NCBI RefSeq assembly: GCF_009914755.1
Contig: NC_060934.1
From: the human T2T-CHM13v2.0 reference genome, Homo sapiens
Direction: 5' to 3' (one strand)
Length of the DNA stretch: 64,000 nucleotides
Under the pieces are notes generated by a model that worked only from the letters and a program-made list of their open reading frames with translations, was not told where the DNA came from and made no database searches. Of this stretch, positions 41,851 to 53,015 are shown one piece after another (positions within the stretch are counted from its first letter, which is position 1; each line of letters begins with the position of its first letter). Position numbers and translations under genes: made by a program.

Positions 41851-43152
41851 CTGAAGGAGGGGGTTTCAGGAGAAGCTAATGGAGTCTCCTCTGGCAGTGG
41901 GCCCACCTGGGCTCAGAGCTCAGTGCTTGTTACAGAACCCCTTCCTGAGGAGCTCTGAAATCTGGTTTCCTGGGTTTCACCACCACCCCCATAGCACCAA
42001 AAGCTAGGCCTCCCCCAGAGTCCTTTCCCAACTGGTGCAATCCTGTCCTGGTTAGTCTTCCTTATCAGGGAGCTGGCATCCATTTGAGGGAACTCAGACT
42101 CTCCCAGCACCCCAGTTTTTTCCCAGAGACCATATCTGAAACCAGAAAGAGAAGCTGCAGACCCACCTACTCATCAAAATACCCAGGATGGAGCAAAGTC
42201 ACCTTATATACATCCCTGGGGATGGGGATGGTCTCAACAGGGGCCTCTCCCCAAGCCAGACTGTGGACAGCCCAGAGGCCAGCTATAGGCTGTCATCCTC
42301 CCCCATGCACTCAGGAGTAGTCTTGGCTCAGACTCAGCGTCCAGAGGCCAGAGCTGGAGCTTAGGCCAGACCAGACCAGCAAGTTCTGTTCCCATGGGGG
42401 TCCCTCCTAGGAGAGGAAGAGCTGACGCAGCAGCTACTGGGGCTGTGGCGCTGAGGGAAGCTTCAAGCTCTGTTTTGCTTTGCTGGAGACAAGCCAGCTT
42501 GGGTCCTCTCTCCTCTACCCCACACCCCTCCCCTTCCTGAGGACGCTATGCATCTGCCCTTGGACGAAGGTCAAGATCAGCAAAGGTGGGCCAGTCCCCA
42601 CTGGAGGCCTGCTGGGACCACCTGCCTGATCGCTGTCTGCATGCCCTTCTCACGGTGGCCCTGGCTGAAGGGAGTCCTTTTGGAGTACAGATGGACTCTG
42701 GATGTGCTAAGCAAGGCGTGCCGCCCCCGGACCCTCTGAGGACTCCACTGACTTGGCCCCTGAGTTTCCTGTTCCATTCTCCATTCGCCTCTAAGGGATC
42801 TGGGGCTTAAAGAAATAAAGCAAACCTTCTCTGAAAGTTGCAGTTAGCTGTCCTCTTCTACCCCCAAGTAACAGAGGAAGTCACCTCCTGAGAACCCCTG
42901 GAACTCCTTTGCTCAGTGCTTCTGGCACCCGCTCAAGTCTTTTCCCTGCCCAGGAGGGGCAAAGCCCACTACCTGGGCTAACTTGAGCCTGAGGACCCAT
43001 TGGGGGGTCTGGCTGACCGGCAGCAGAAGTCCAGTAAGAACCACCTCTCTTGGACTCCTAATCTGTTGAGATCCCCCAAGGCCACCTTTGTCTTCTACCC
43101 TGCCCTACCCCAAGCCCTCCTCAGTCAGCAGGGTGGGCATTTGGAGCCTCAC

Positions 43153-43193
43153 CTCATCAGTGGATAATCAGCCAATTGAACATCTGTAGCCAT
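43153..43193 (-). CDS. TBATA: TBATA first coding segment (exon spans 43153-43339)
   Basis: acaATGG strong Kozak; MATDVQLADYPLM; AG|gtgag donor; the nine exons sum to 1056 nt = 351 aa + stop. Confidence 0.92.
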
Positions 43194-43224
43194 TGTATGC
43201 TTTTTAACAGACTAAAGGCCAGTG

Positions 43225-43640
43225 CACTTAATACTAGCGTTGAGGATGCAGAACAGGAACTCTCACTTAATACTAGTGTTGAGGATGCAGAACAGGAACT
43301 CTCACGAACTGGTGGTGGAAGTGTAAACGGGAACAGGCACTTTAGGGGGAGAAATGGTAATATCTTTTAAAATTGAGCATTTGCATGCTGTATCACCCAG
43401 CAATTTCTTTCCCAGATATAAGAGAAATTCTTATAGATGTACAACAGGGGCTACTTATAAGAATATTCATACAAACACTGTTCAAAATAGCAAAAACCTG
43501 GTGGCAACCCAAATGTCTGATGGCAGAAGAATGGATAAATAAGCTGTGGTGCATTCAGACAATGGGATACTTTATTGCTATGAAAATAAATGAGCCACAG
43601 CTACATGTAACAACATGGATGAATCTTATAATCAGTGTGA
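43225..43640 (+). mobile_element. Old L1M (ME-like) ORF2-end fragment overlapping TBATA exon 3 in antisense; contains a 39-bp tandem duplication at 43225-43305
   Basis: gaggatgcagaacaggaactctca..ctggtggtggaagtgtaaa; FIQTLFKIAKTWWQPKCLMAEEWINKLWCIQTMGY. Confidence 0.8.
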
Positions 43641-44460
43641 GAAAACTTAACAATTCTTGGTTTTGCGATGTTATATTTATGCAATCTTATTAACTCAATT
43701 TACTTTTTATTAATTACTATTAAATAGGCTGCAGTAGAACAAGATATATGCATTTGAAACAATACAATTGTTGTCATCCACTATATATAATGTGTGGATA
43801 ATATAAAATAACTACTAAACAGTATAAATGTTGTTTAAAAACATATTATTTTTCTTTCATAAATGGTTTAGTTTATGTGTGTTCCAGAGGACCACAAGTT
43901 CCAGAGGACCACATAGCCTGAGATCCTTTCTAAAAATAAAAGTTTAAAAGCAAGCAAAATGATCATGAACATGCGATAAAACAGCAACAACAGCATCAAA
44001 CAAGGAAATGCTAAGCACGAAATTCACATAGTGGCTATTTCCGAGGGAAGGCGGGGAGGGGAAGTGTGCAGGAGAAGCGCATATAAGGAGATGTGTTAGT
44101 GATGATGTTCTTGTTCTTGGTTTGGGTGGTGTATTTGCTTGTGTTTATTATATTATTAAATAAACTAATTAAATGGCATAGATGAAAGATGATAGGTGTC
44201 AAAACCAAGAATTATGATTAAATCTATGGACCTGAATATATATATCTAGCCAAAGTGCTAGGGATGGGGTTGGGACAGGACATCAGTGCATTCTGAGAAT
44301 TAACCCTCAGAGTCACAGAATCTGCAAGGGACCCCAGAGATCTCCCAATGCCAGCCTTCATCAGGTAGTGGGATGGGTTGGAGTTGTCTGAGATCAGGGA
44401 AGCAGGGGAGATTTGCTGAGGTCACACAGAAGGAACCAGAGCCCGGGCAGTCTGACTCAC

Positions 44461-44587
44461 AGTTTGCTGATCTTTTCTTTCCTTAAAAGGAAGCTCCAGA
44501 CATCCTTGATGTCAGGTACTGGGCTCTAGAGTACTGAGATGCTACAATCTTGAGAACAGGATATGTGGAAGCCCCAAATCCTCCTGC
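44461..44587 (-). other. TBATA: Probable TBATA non-coding exon 2
   Basis: ctttttcccatag| acceptor and |gtgagt donor on the minus strand. Confidence 0.6.
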
Positions 44588-45098
44588 CTATGGGAAAAAG
44601 TACTCTTTAGAACAGAGACTTGCAAATGTGTTTGGCTGTGATGACGGTAAGAAATTCTTTATGTCATGATCCAATTCACATATGGGTTTGTGTGTGTGTG
44701 TGAAACTAAAACAATAATATCCTGAAGCAATATTTATCCGTACTACATATGATGCACACTGATATTTTTACCCTATTTTTGGTTTTTATTTCTTAAATGT
44801 TAGATATGATCCATTTAAATTGATCTAATAAGCCACCAGGGGGTCATAACCCACAGCGGCTGTAGAGAGGCTGACAGGGACTCTAGTAGGCCAAGCCTGC
44901 CTTGTCCAGAGCGGGACAGGTGGGACCCCAGTGTAGTCTGCCCTGCCCTGCCCCTGCTCTCTGTCCCTGGGGCCCCAGCCAGCCAGGCAGAGGGGTCTGA
45001 GGGCTCCCATCAATCCAGCCACAAAACTTCCCTTTCTACCTCTGCCCTTCTGGGCTGTCCAGGGTCCATCTCCTCTCCCGAGAGGTCCCTGGACTCAC

Positions 45099-45230
45099 CA
45101 AGGCAGTGCCCGCTACAGCATGTGTACGAGAAGCCCTGCTGTCCTAGCAGGAAGGAGCAAGAGGACAAATCGAGGGGAAGGCTGTGGGTTCTGTGGGCAA
45201 GTCTGCCTGCTTTGTGACACTGAGCCCAGT
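45099..45230 (-). other. TBATA: Probable TBATA non-coding exon 1 (TSS approximate)
   Basis: G|gtgagt donor at 45098; lies next to the RFX motif. Confidence 0.55.
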
Positions 45231-45245
45231 GGTTGCTAGGTTACC
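45231..45245 (-). promoter_or_regulatory. RFX X-box-like motif at the TBATA promoter
   Basis: GGTTGCTAGGTTACC (minus strand GGTAACCTAGCAACC) contains the CCTAGCAAC RFX half-site. Confidence 0.6.
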
Positions 45246-48200
45246 CTGTTCCCACAACTCCAGAACCTCTGCCCAGCACCCCTCTACCACATCCCCTGCC
45301 TATCTCCCCCTCCTGGAAGGGTAGACAAGGGCTAAGGACCTTCTGTCCCTCCTGACTTCCCTGCTGCCTCCCATCCAACACTTTCAATGGGGGCCAAGGG
45401 AGAGAAGGAGAGTCTGGGGCTGGTTTTAGCCAGAGAGAAGCGGATGGAGGCGGAACGCTGGCAGAGGACGTTGGTGGGCTGCGTCCCAGCTTCGTCAGCC
45501 CCACCTGGCCTGACCCCACCACACAGGGGTCGGCTTCCATGCATCTTGGTTCTGGGGACCCATTCTCAGGGAGGTGGGTCTTGGAAGGAGAGAAGATGGC
45601 AGCCCGCATTACCCAGAGGGACCCCAGCCCCTCTCTCTGCATGACAGCTGGGTGGGAAGATTCTGGGCTTGCATTTGGACAGGTGTTTTAATCAGATTTC
45701 AACATCCCATAGACACGTTACCTTGGGTAAGTCACCGGGACTGCCACAGATGCAAAATAGTGGGAAGAATCCTTGCTTCGAGTCCCTATTCTGCTACTTC
45801 CTAGTTGTGTGGCCTCAGACAATGCACCTGCCTTCTCTGAGCCTTAGTTCCCATATCTCTAAAATGGAGATGATGATACTGCACTTATTCTCACAGGATG
45901 TTTGAGAATATTAAGTGAGTTGATATATATTAAAGCGTTTCAAACAGTATCTGCCCCCAAGTATAATTTCTTACTATTATTGCCTTCTCTGGGTCTATAA
46001 AATGGGATATCCTCACCTACTTCTGTGGTTGTTCTGAAGACAAGCTAATGGAAGTGAAGCCTTTAGTTGTATGTCTGGCACACAAGAGATGCTCAAAAAG
46101 GATAATAATCATCATTATTATTGGTAACTTGATGGAGGTAGTAGGATGAGTCCTTTGTCTGAGAACTATCTTAGGTAGTTCACTATTTCTCTGAGGCTCA
46201 ACTTGGACACCTGTCAAATGGGGGTAAGGATAGTTCTTAGCCGACAGGGCTGTAACTCAATCAGATCCCGGGAGGGGTGCAGACAGGCTCTGTAAACTAT
46301 GGGAAGGCTTGCAGACAGTGCCGGGTGCTGTCCCTCAGAATGATGAGGTGGGCTTTTCCCAGGGCCTTTGCTCTCAGCACCCCTGGCTTCATACTGGTGC
46401 CCTGGGGCTTCCAGACTCTGTGTCTTTTCTCTGGGGAGCAAGAAAAGGAAGGTGGGTAGCTAGAGGCAAACCCAAGTCCTTCAAAAGTTCTGCCCCTCCC
46501 AGCTAAGGGGTGGGGATTCATACCACTCTGGTGGCCCCCTGAGGGCTGTCCTCTGGTCTTGGCCTACTCCAAATGCCCACCCATCCTTCGGCAGGTCAGG
46601 ATGTTCCCTGGCTTTTTCTGGGCCTGTCTCTGCAGGAATACGGTGACTCTTTTGAAATCATACTGAAAACCCCCTCTTCCATACTTCTGGGCATCCTGGC
46701 AGCTGTGAAGATAGATGATATAGCATTTGGGAGAAGAGAGGCTTTCTTCCCCGTGACAAGCCACTCCTCCCTCCTGCTTTCAGCACTCTTGTGGCATTTC
46801 CCACCACGCGAGCTGACTCAGCTGAGATGAAAACCCACTCTCATCCTCCCCACTGGTGCCTTGTAATGCTTCAACTATGTTATTTACAATCGAGCATGGG
46901 GGTCTGCATAGGGACTGCAGCTGGGGGGATGAAGGGGTTCCTCAGGAAATGTCTTCAACACTGGTTTGTAAAAGAAGAACTGAGGAAACTCTTCTGACTC
47001 CTTTGTGGAGTGTCAAAAACTGTAGAGAGATCTGTCAGCCTGAGAGTGATTTGAGGTACAGTCCTTGGCCTGGATGACTCAGTCATAACAGAGGCAATAG
47101 AAACTTCATGGAACACTTTCTATGTGCCAGGCACTGTGCCAACCTCTTAGATATATTACCTCATGTAATCCTATAGATGGAGAAATTAATGATCAGATAA
47201 ATCTTTAGTTATTTGTGTTGCAAATATATTCTCTCCTTTGTGTCTTGCTTGTCTGTGTCTATATGCAGTCTTTTGATAAAGAGAATTCCTAATTTTAACA
47301 TAACCCAGTTTATCAATTTTGTCCTTAATGGTTAGTGGGTTTTGTGTTTTAAGAGATTTTTGCCTACCCAAGGTTATGAAGATAATTCTCATTATTATTT
47401 TCTGAAGATTTACTGTTTTGCTGTTCATGTTTAGATCTACAATCAATACGGAATTGATTTTTGTGTTTGGTGTAAGATAGGGGTCAAAATTTATATATAT
47501 TTTTTCCATATAAATATCCATTCGACCCAGTACCATTACTTAAAACATTGTCCTTATCTCTGCAGTACCATCTTTAACAAAATTCAAGTATCCGTATATG
47601 TGTGGGTCTGTCTCTGGACTTTCTGTCTACCAATGCACCAACACTATATTCTCTTAATTACTGTAACTTTAAATACATCTTGATGTCTATATAAGTGGTA
47701 TAAGACTTCCAGCTTTGTTTTTTTAAGAGTGTCTTGGATATTCTAGTTCCTTTGCCTTTCCATACAAATTTTAGAATAATCTTATTGATATCTACAAACA
47801 TTTTTGTTTAGATTTTTATAGGAATCAGGTTAAACTTCTGTATCAATTTGGGGAGAATGGACATCTTTACCATGTTGAGTCTTCCAGTCCATGAACATAG
47901 TATATCTCTCCATTTATTTAAATATTCTTTGATTACTTTAATCAGCATTTTATAGTTTTCAGCATAAAAGCCGTGGACATGTTTTGTTAGATTTTCACCT
48001 ATTTCAGTTTTTGTTTTTAAAGGAACTGTAAATGGTATGGTATTTTAAATTTTGGTGTCCATATATGCATTGCTAGTATATAGAAACACTATTAATTTGG
48101 TATGTTAGTTTGTATCCTGCAACCTTGCTGAACTCACTTATTAGTTTCTGGAGATATGTTGTAGATTCCCTGGAATTTTCTACATAGGTAATAATATCAT

Positions 48201-49392
48201 CTGCAAATAGGGACAGTTTTCTTTCTTTCTTTCTTTCCCATATATATGCTTTTTCTTCTCTTCTCTTCTCTTCTCTTGTCTTACTGCACTGCCTAGAATT
48301 TCCAATACTAAGTTGAATAACAGTGGTGAGAGTGCACATCCTTACCTTGTTCCTAATCTTAGGAAGTAAACACAGAGTCTTTAACCATTAAATATAATGT
48401 CAGCTGTAGGTTTTTTATATATACTCTTTATCAGGTTAAAGAAGTCCCTCTCTCTTCCTATTTTTCTGAGCATTTTTGTCATAAATGTGTGTTGAATTTT
48501 ATCAAATGCTTTTTTTCTGCATCAACTAATATGATCTTGTGATTTTTCTTCTTTTGCTGGTCAGTACATTGATTTTTCAAATATTGAACTAGCTTTTTAT
48601 CCCTGGAATAAGCCCCACTTGGTCATGGTGTACAATTCTTTTTATATATTGCTGGATTCTACTTGAAAATATTTTGTTAAGGATTATTGCACCTATATTT
48701 ATGATGAATATTTATCTGTAGTTTCCTTTTTGTAGTATCTTCCTCTGGTTTGGGTATCATCAGGGTAATACTAATTTCATAAAATGAATTGGGAAGTGTT
48801 ACCTCCTTTTCTATTTTCTGGAAGAGATCGTGTAAAATTGATGTTAATTCTTCTTTAAATGTTTGCTGGATTTCTCCAGTGAAACTACCTGGGCCTGGAG
48901 ATTTATTTTTTGGGGTGTTTTAAAATTGAAAATTCAATTTTCTTAACAGTTATGGGACTATTCAAGAGATCTGTTTCAAAATGGGTGAGTTGTAATAGTT
49001 TCTTTTTCAAGGAGTTGGCCAATGTCTCTTATATTGTAAAATTTATTTGTGTAGAGTTGTTTTGTAATATTCTCTTATTATCCTTTTGATATCTGTAGAA
49101 TATGTAGTGATATCTTTATTTCATTCCTGATACTATTAATTTGTGATTTCTTTCTCTTTCTTTTTTTGCCAGTCTTGCTAGATAGAAGTTTGCCAATTTT
49201 ACTGATGTTTTCAAAGAACCAGCTCTTTGTTTTATTGATATTTTTCCTTTTTTTTTTCTGTTTTCAATTTCATGGATTTCTGCTCTTATCTTCGTTATTT
49301 CATTGTTCTGCTTGTTTTGGATTTATTTTGCACTGCTTTTTCTAGTTTTGTGAGGGGGGTGCTTAGATTATTTGTTGGACACTTTTCTCTCT

Positions 49393-49689
49393 CTTTTTTT
49401 TTGGTAGGGGGATGGAGTCTCGCTCTGTCACCCAGGCTGGAGTGCAGTGACGCGATCTTCGCTCACTGCAACCTCTGCCTCCCAGGTTCAAGCAATTCTC
49501 TGCCTCAGCCTCCGGAGTTGCTGGGATTACAGGCGCCTGCCACCATGTCCAGCTAATTTTTTTGTATTTTTAGTAGATACGGGGTTTAACCATTTTGGCC
49601 AGGCTGGTCTTGAACTCCTGACCTCATGATCCACCCATCTCGACCTCCCAAAGTGCTGGGATTATAAGCATGAGCCATCGTGCCTGGCC
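49393..49689 (-). mobile_element. AluS element
   Basis: Reverse-complement Alu inside the L1. Confidence 0.9.
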
Positions 49690-49904
49690 TCCTCTATTCT
49701 AATATATGCATTTAGTGCTATAAATGTTCCTCCCAGCGTACTTTAGCAGTCGCCCACGAATCTTGATATGCTATGTCTTCATTTTCATTCAGTTATAATG
49801 TATTTTTAAAATTTCTTTTAAAATTTTCTTTTACCAACATGGATTTTTTAAAGAAGCATGTTATTAATTTCCAAATGTTTGTAGATTTCCCTGTTATCTT
49901 TTTC

Positions 49905-50283
<379 letters not shown>

Positions 50284-51367
50284 TAAATGTGTTGAGGTTT
50301 GTTCTGTGGCTCAGGATGTGGTCTATGTTGGTGTACATTCTATGAGCACTAGAAAAGAATGTGTATTCTGCTGTTATTGGGTGAAGGGCTCTATAAATGT
50401 TAAAGTCTATTGGTTAAAATTGTTGAGTTCTTGTATATTCTTGCTAATTTTTGTCTAGTTCTATCAATGGTTGAGAGAGGGTTATTGAAGCTTCCAACAA
50501 TAATTGTGGATTTGTCTATTTCTCTTTTCAGTTCTGTCAGTTTCTTCACACATTTTGTGACTCTGCTGTTTGGTGCACATACATTTAGGATTGCTAGATC
50601 TTCTTGATAGACTGGTGCTTTTATTATTATTTAATATCCCCTATGTCTCTGTCATTTTCTTTGCTCTGAAGTTTACTTTATCTGATATTAATTTAGCCAC
50701 TCCCTTCCTTTAATTAATGATTGCATGATTTATCTTTTTTCATCATTTTACATTCAATGTTCCTATGTCATCATATTTGAAATGAGTTTCTTACAGACTG
50801 CATAGAGTTGTATGAAGTTTTGAAATCCACTCTACCAATTTATGTTCTTTTTTTTTCTTTTTCCTGTCTCACTGTGGGTTTCTTGGACATTCTACTAAGA
50901 ATTCCATTTTGATTTATTTACAACGCTTTTGAGTGTATCTCTGTATCTTTTTTTAGTGGCTGCTGTAGGTATTTTATTTTATACATATATATTTTATTTT
51001 ATACACATATACATATTTTATACATATATAACATATATAAAACATATCACAGTCTACTTGTATCCTTGTTTTACCACTTCATGTGAGGTATGGAAGCTCA
51101 TTTCCCTTTATGTTCCTTTATCTCCCTTTGTTGATAATTGTTTTAAATATTTCCTCTACATACATTTAGAGCCATATCCAACAGTGTTGTAAGTTTTGCT
51201 TCAACTGTCAAACACAATTTAGAAATCTCAAGAGAAGGAAAGCCCATTGTATTTACCCATATTTTTACTTACTGGGCTCTTCCTTCCTTATGTTCCAGAG
51301 TTTCTTCTATTATTGTTTCCTTTCTGTTTGGAGAACTCCCTCTAACCATTTTTTTACAGCAGATTTG

Positions 51368-51954
51368 TGCTGGGTGAGGTGTCAGAGCCCCTTCATCAGG
51401 AAGTGGTTGACTTACGGGTTGTTAAGAAGAATTTACCAACAGCAGTATTAGTTTGAAAAAGGAAGGTTTTATTATAAAGAAAGAATGCCGCAGAGGAGTG
51501 CAGTGGGGTGCCTCAGCAAGAGAGGACTGAGGACACCAAGATGGATTTTCCTTAGGAGCATATATGGACATTAAGTTGGGAGCTTAAGGGTCATTTGGAC
51601 CATATTAGCCACGTAGGTCATGATAAATGATTACGTGTCGACATTTTGGTGCCCTAATGTCAGCAAGGGTTGCATAATGAGTTTTGGCATGGCATTCTGG
51701 AGATGTATAGAATTTCTATTTACTTACAATTTTTTTTTTTTTAAAGAGACCTGGAACCAGATGACAACTTTAGGTACTAGGGAAGTTTAATTTACCTCTA
51801 AATTTCCTAGATAAGGAATTTGCTTCCAAATAGACTGTTTGATGCTCACCAGATGGTCTTCACTTCTTTCATTATACTTCTAAATTCCTCAGATAAGGAG
51901 TTTTTTGTCTCCGGGGCCTGCTCAATGTTCACCAGGTGACTTTTGCTTTCCTTA
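51368..51954 (-). repeat. ERV 3' LTR (587 bp)
   Basis: Homologous to 61084-61586; preceded on the minus strand by PPT AGGGGAAAAA (51955-51964). Confidence 0.85.
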
Positions 51955-52379
51955 TTTTTCCCCTGACAAATATTTTGGAAACTTTGACCCTCTGTATTCC
52001 CCCATGCTCCTGTCTACCTGCTGCCTACTGGGGTTTCAAGAAAGGGAAAATGCCACAGTGAAAAGGCACGTTGAGTCCATCTGGCTAATCCCTACTGAAA
52101 GGGGCATTGAAGGTATAGGTTGTGTTTTTCCCTTTCTTGCTCTCTGTCATGAAGGGAATGAAGGGTCATGAAAAACTCATTCATGAAGAGGTGGGGAAGA
52201 CCAGATACCATCAGGAGGCTGGTATTGGGATTACATAGTCATCTGTAGGTGAAATTGTTGTAATCTGAAAGATATAAACTTAATGAGAGCATTAAAAAGT
52301 CAGGGACCAAATTTCAAAAGAAGAATGACAAGGAATAAAGGTCCAAGGAATGGGAGAAGCCAAGTGATTTTTGGAAACC

Positions 52380-53015
52380 AATCAATAGAGGTTTTGGCTC
52401 AGTCTTGGTTACTTTGGGAAAGTGTGTGTGGCCATTTGGCTTGTTTGAAGATTTCTTGGACCTTAGTTTCCACTTCTCCAGACACATTAATGTAGGTGTA
52501 GTAGGTTTTCTTGATGACAGCACTGACTCCTCCTTGTTCAGCTAGGGGGTAATCTAGAGCTTGTCTATTATTAAACCCATTCCTGCTAGTGAGTGTAAAG
52601 ACTTTTCTAGTGCTGATAGACTTGTGCCAGTTTTTGCTAAGGCTATTTCAAGGGAGGTGGTAAGTTCCCATATTGACATTTCATGGTAAGTAAAGGGGTG
52701 AGAGTTGCAATAGTTCCCACAATTCTGGCCACACTTAAGTCCTCGGGCCCTTTTTCTTCTAGAATGGAATTCTGAATCGGAAGTTATGTTCAAGACACTG
52801 ATTTGGGTATGAGCTATTGTTCCTAGAGTACAATCACCATAATGAAGAGAATTATTAAGATGGGATAGGGCCGAAGTTTGAAAAGGGCTTAAATAATTAT
52901 TAGCAGTGCTGCAAAGCAGTGAGAGCCCAGGTGAGGCAGGTAACATACTTTTGAGGCTTCTTGGATTAAGAGGGCCACTGTTGCTAAGGCTCTTAGGCTG
53001 GGATGAGAGGGAATG
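52380..53015 (-). pseudogene. ERV env remnant (SU C-terminus and TM)
   Basis: RRKR/A furin site; ISD-like NNRQALDYPLAEQGGV followed by a decayed CX6CC; frameshifted. Confidence 0.8.

Noticed and set aside
41310-41906. 198-aa ORF as a separate gene
   Set aside because: A TBATA exon plus read-through into both flanking introns
52380-53015. Domesticated syncytin-like env
   Set aside because: Most of SU is deleted, the frame shifts before the ISD, and the CX6CC cysteines are lost
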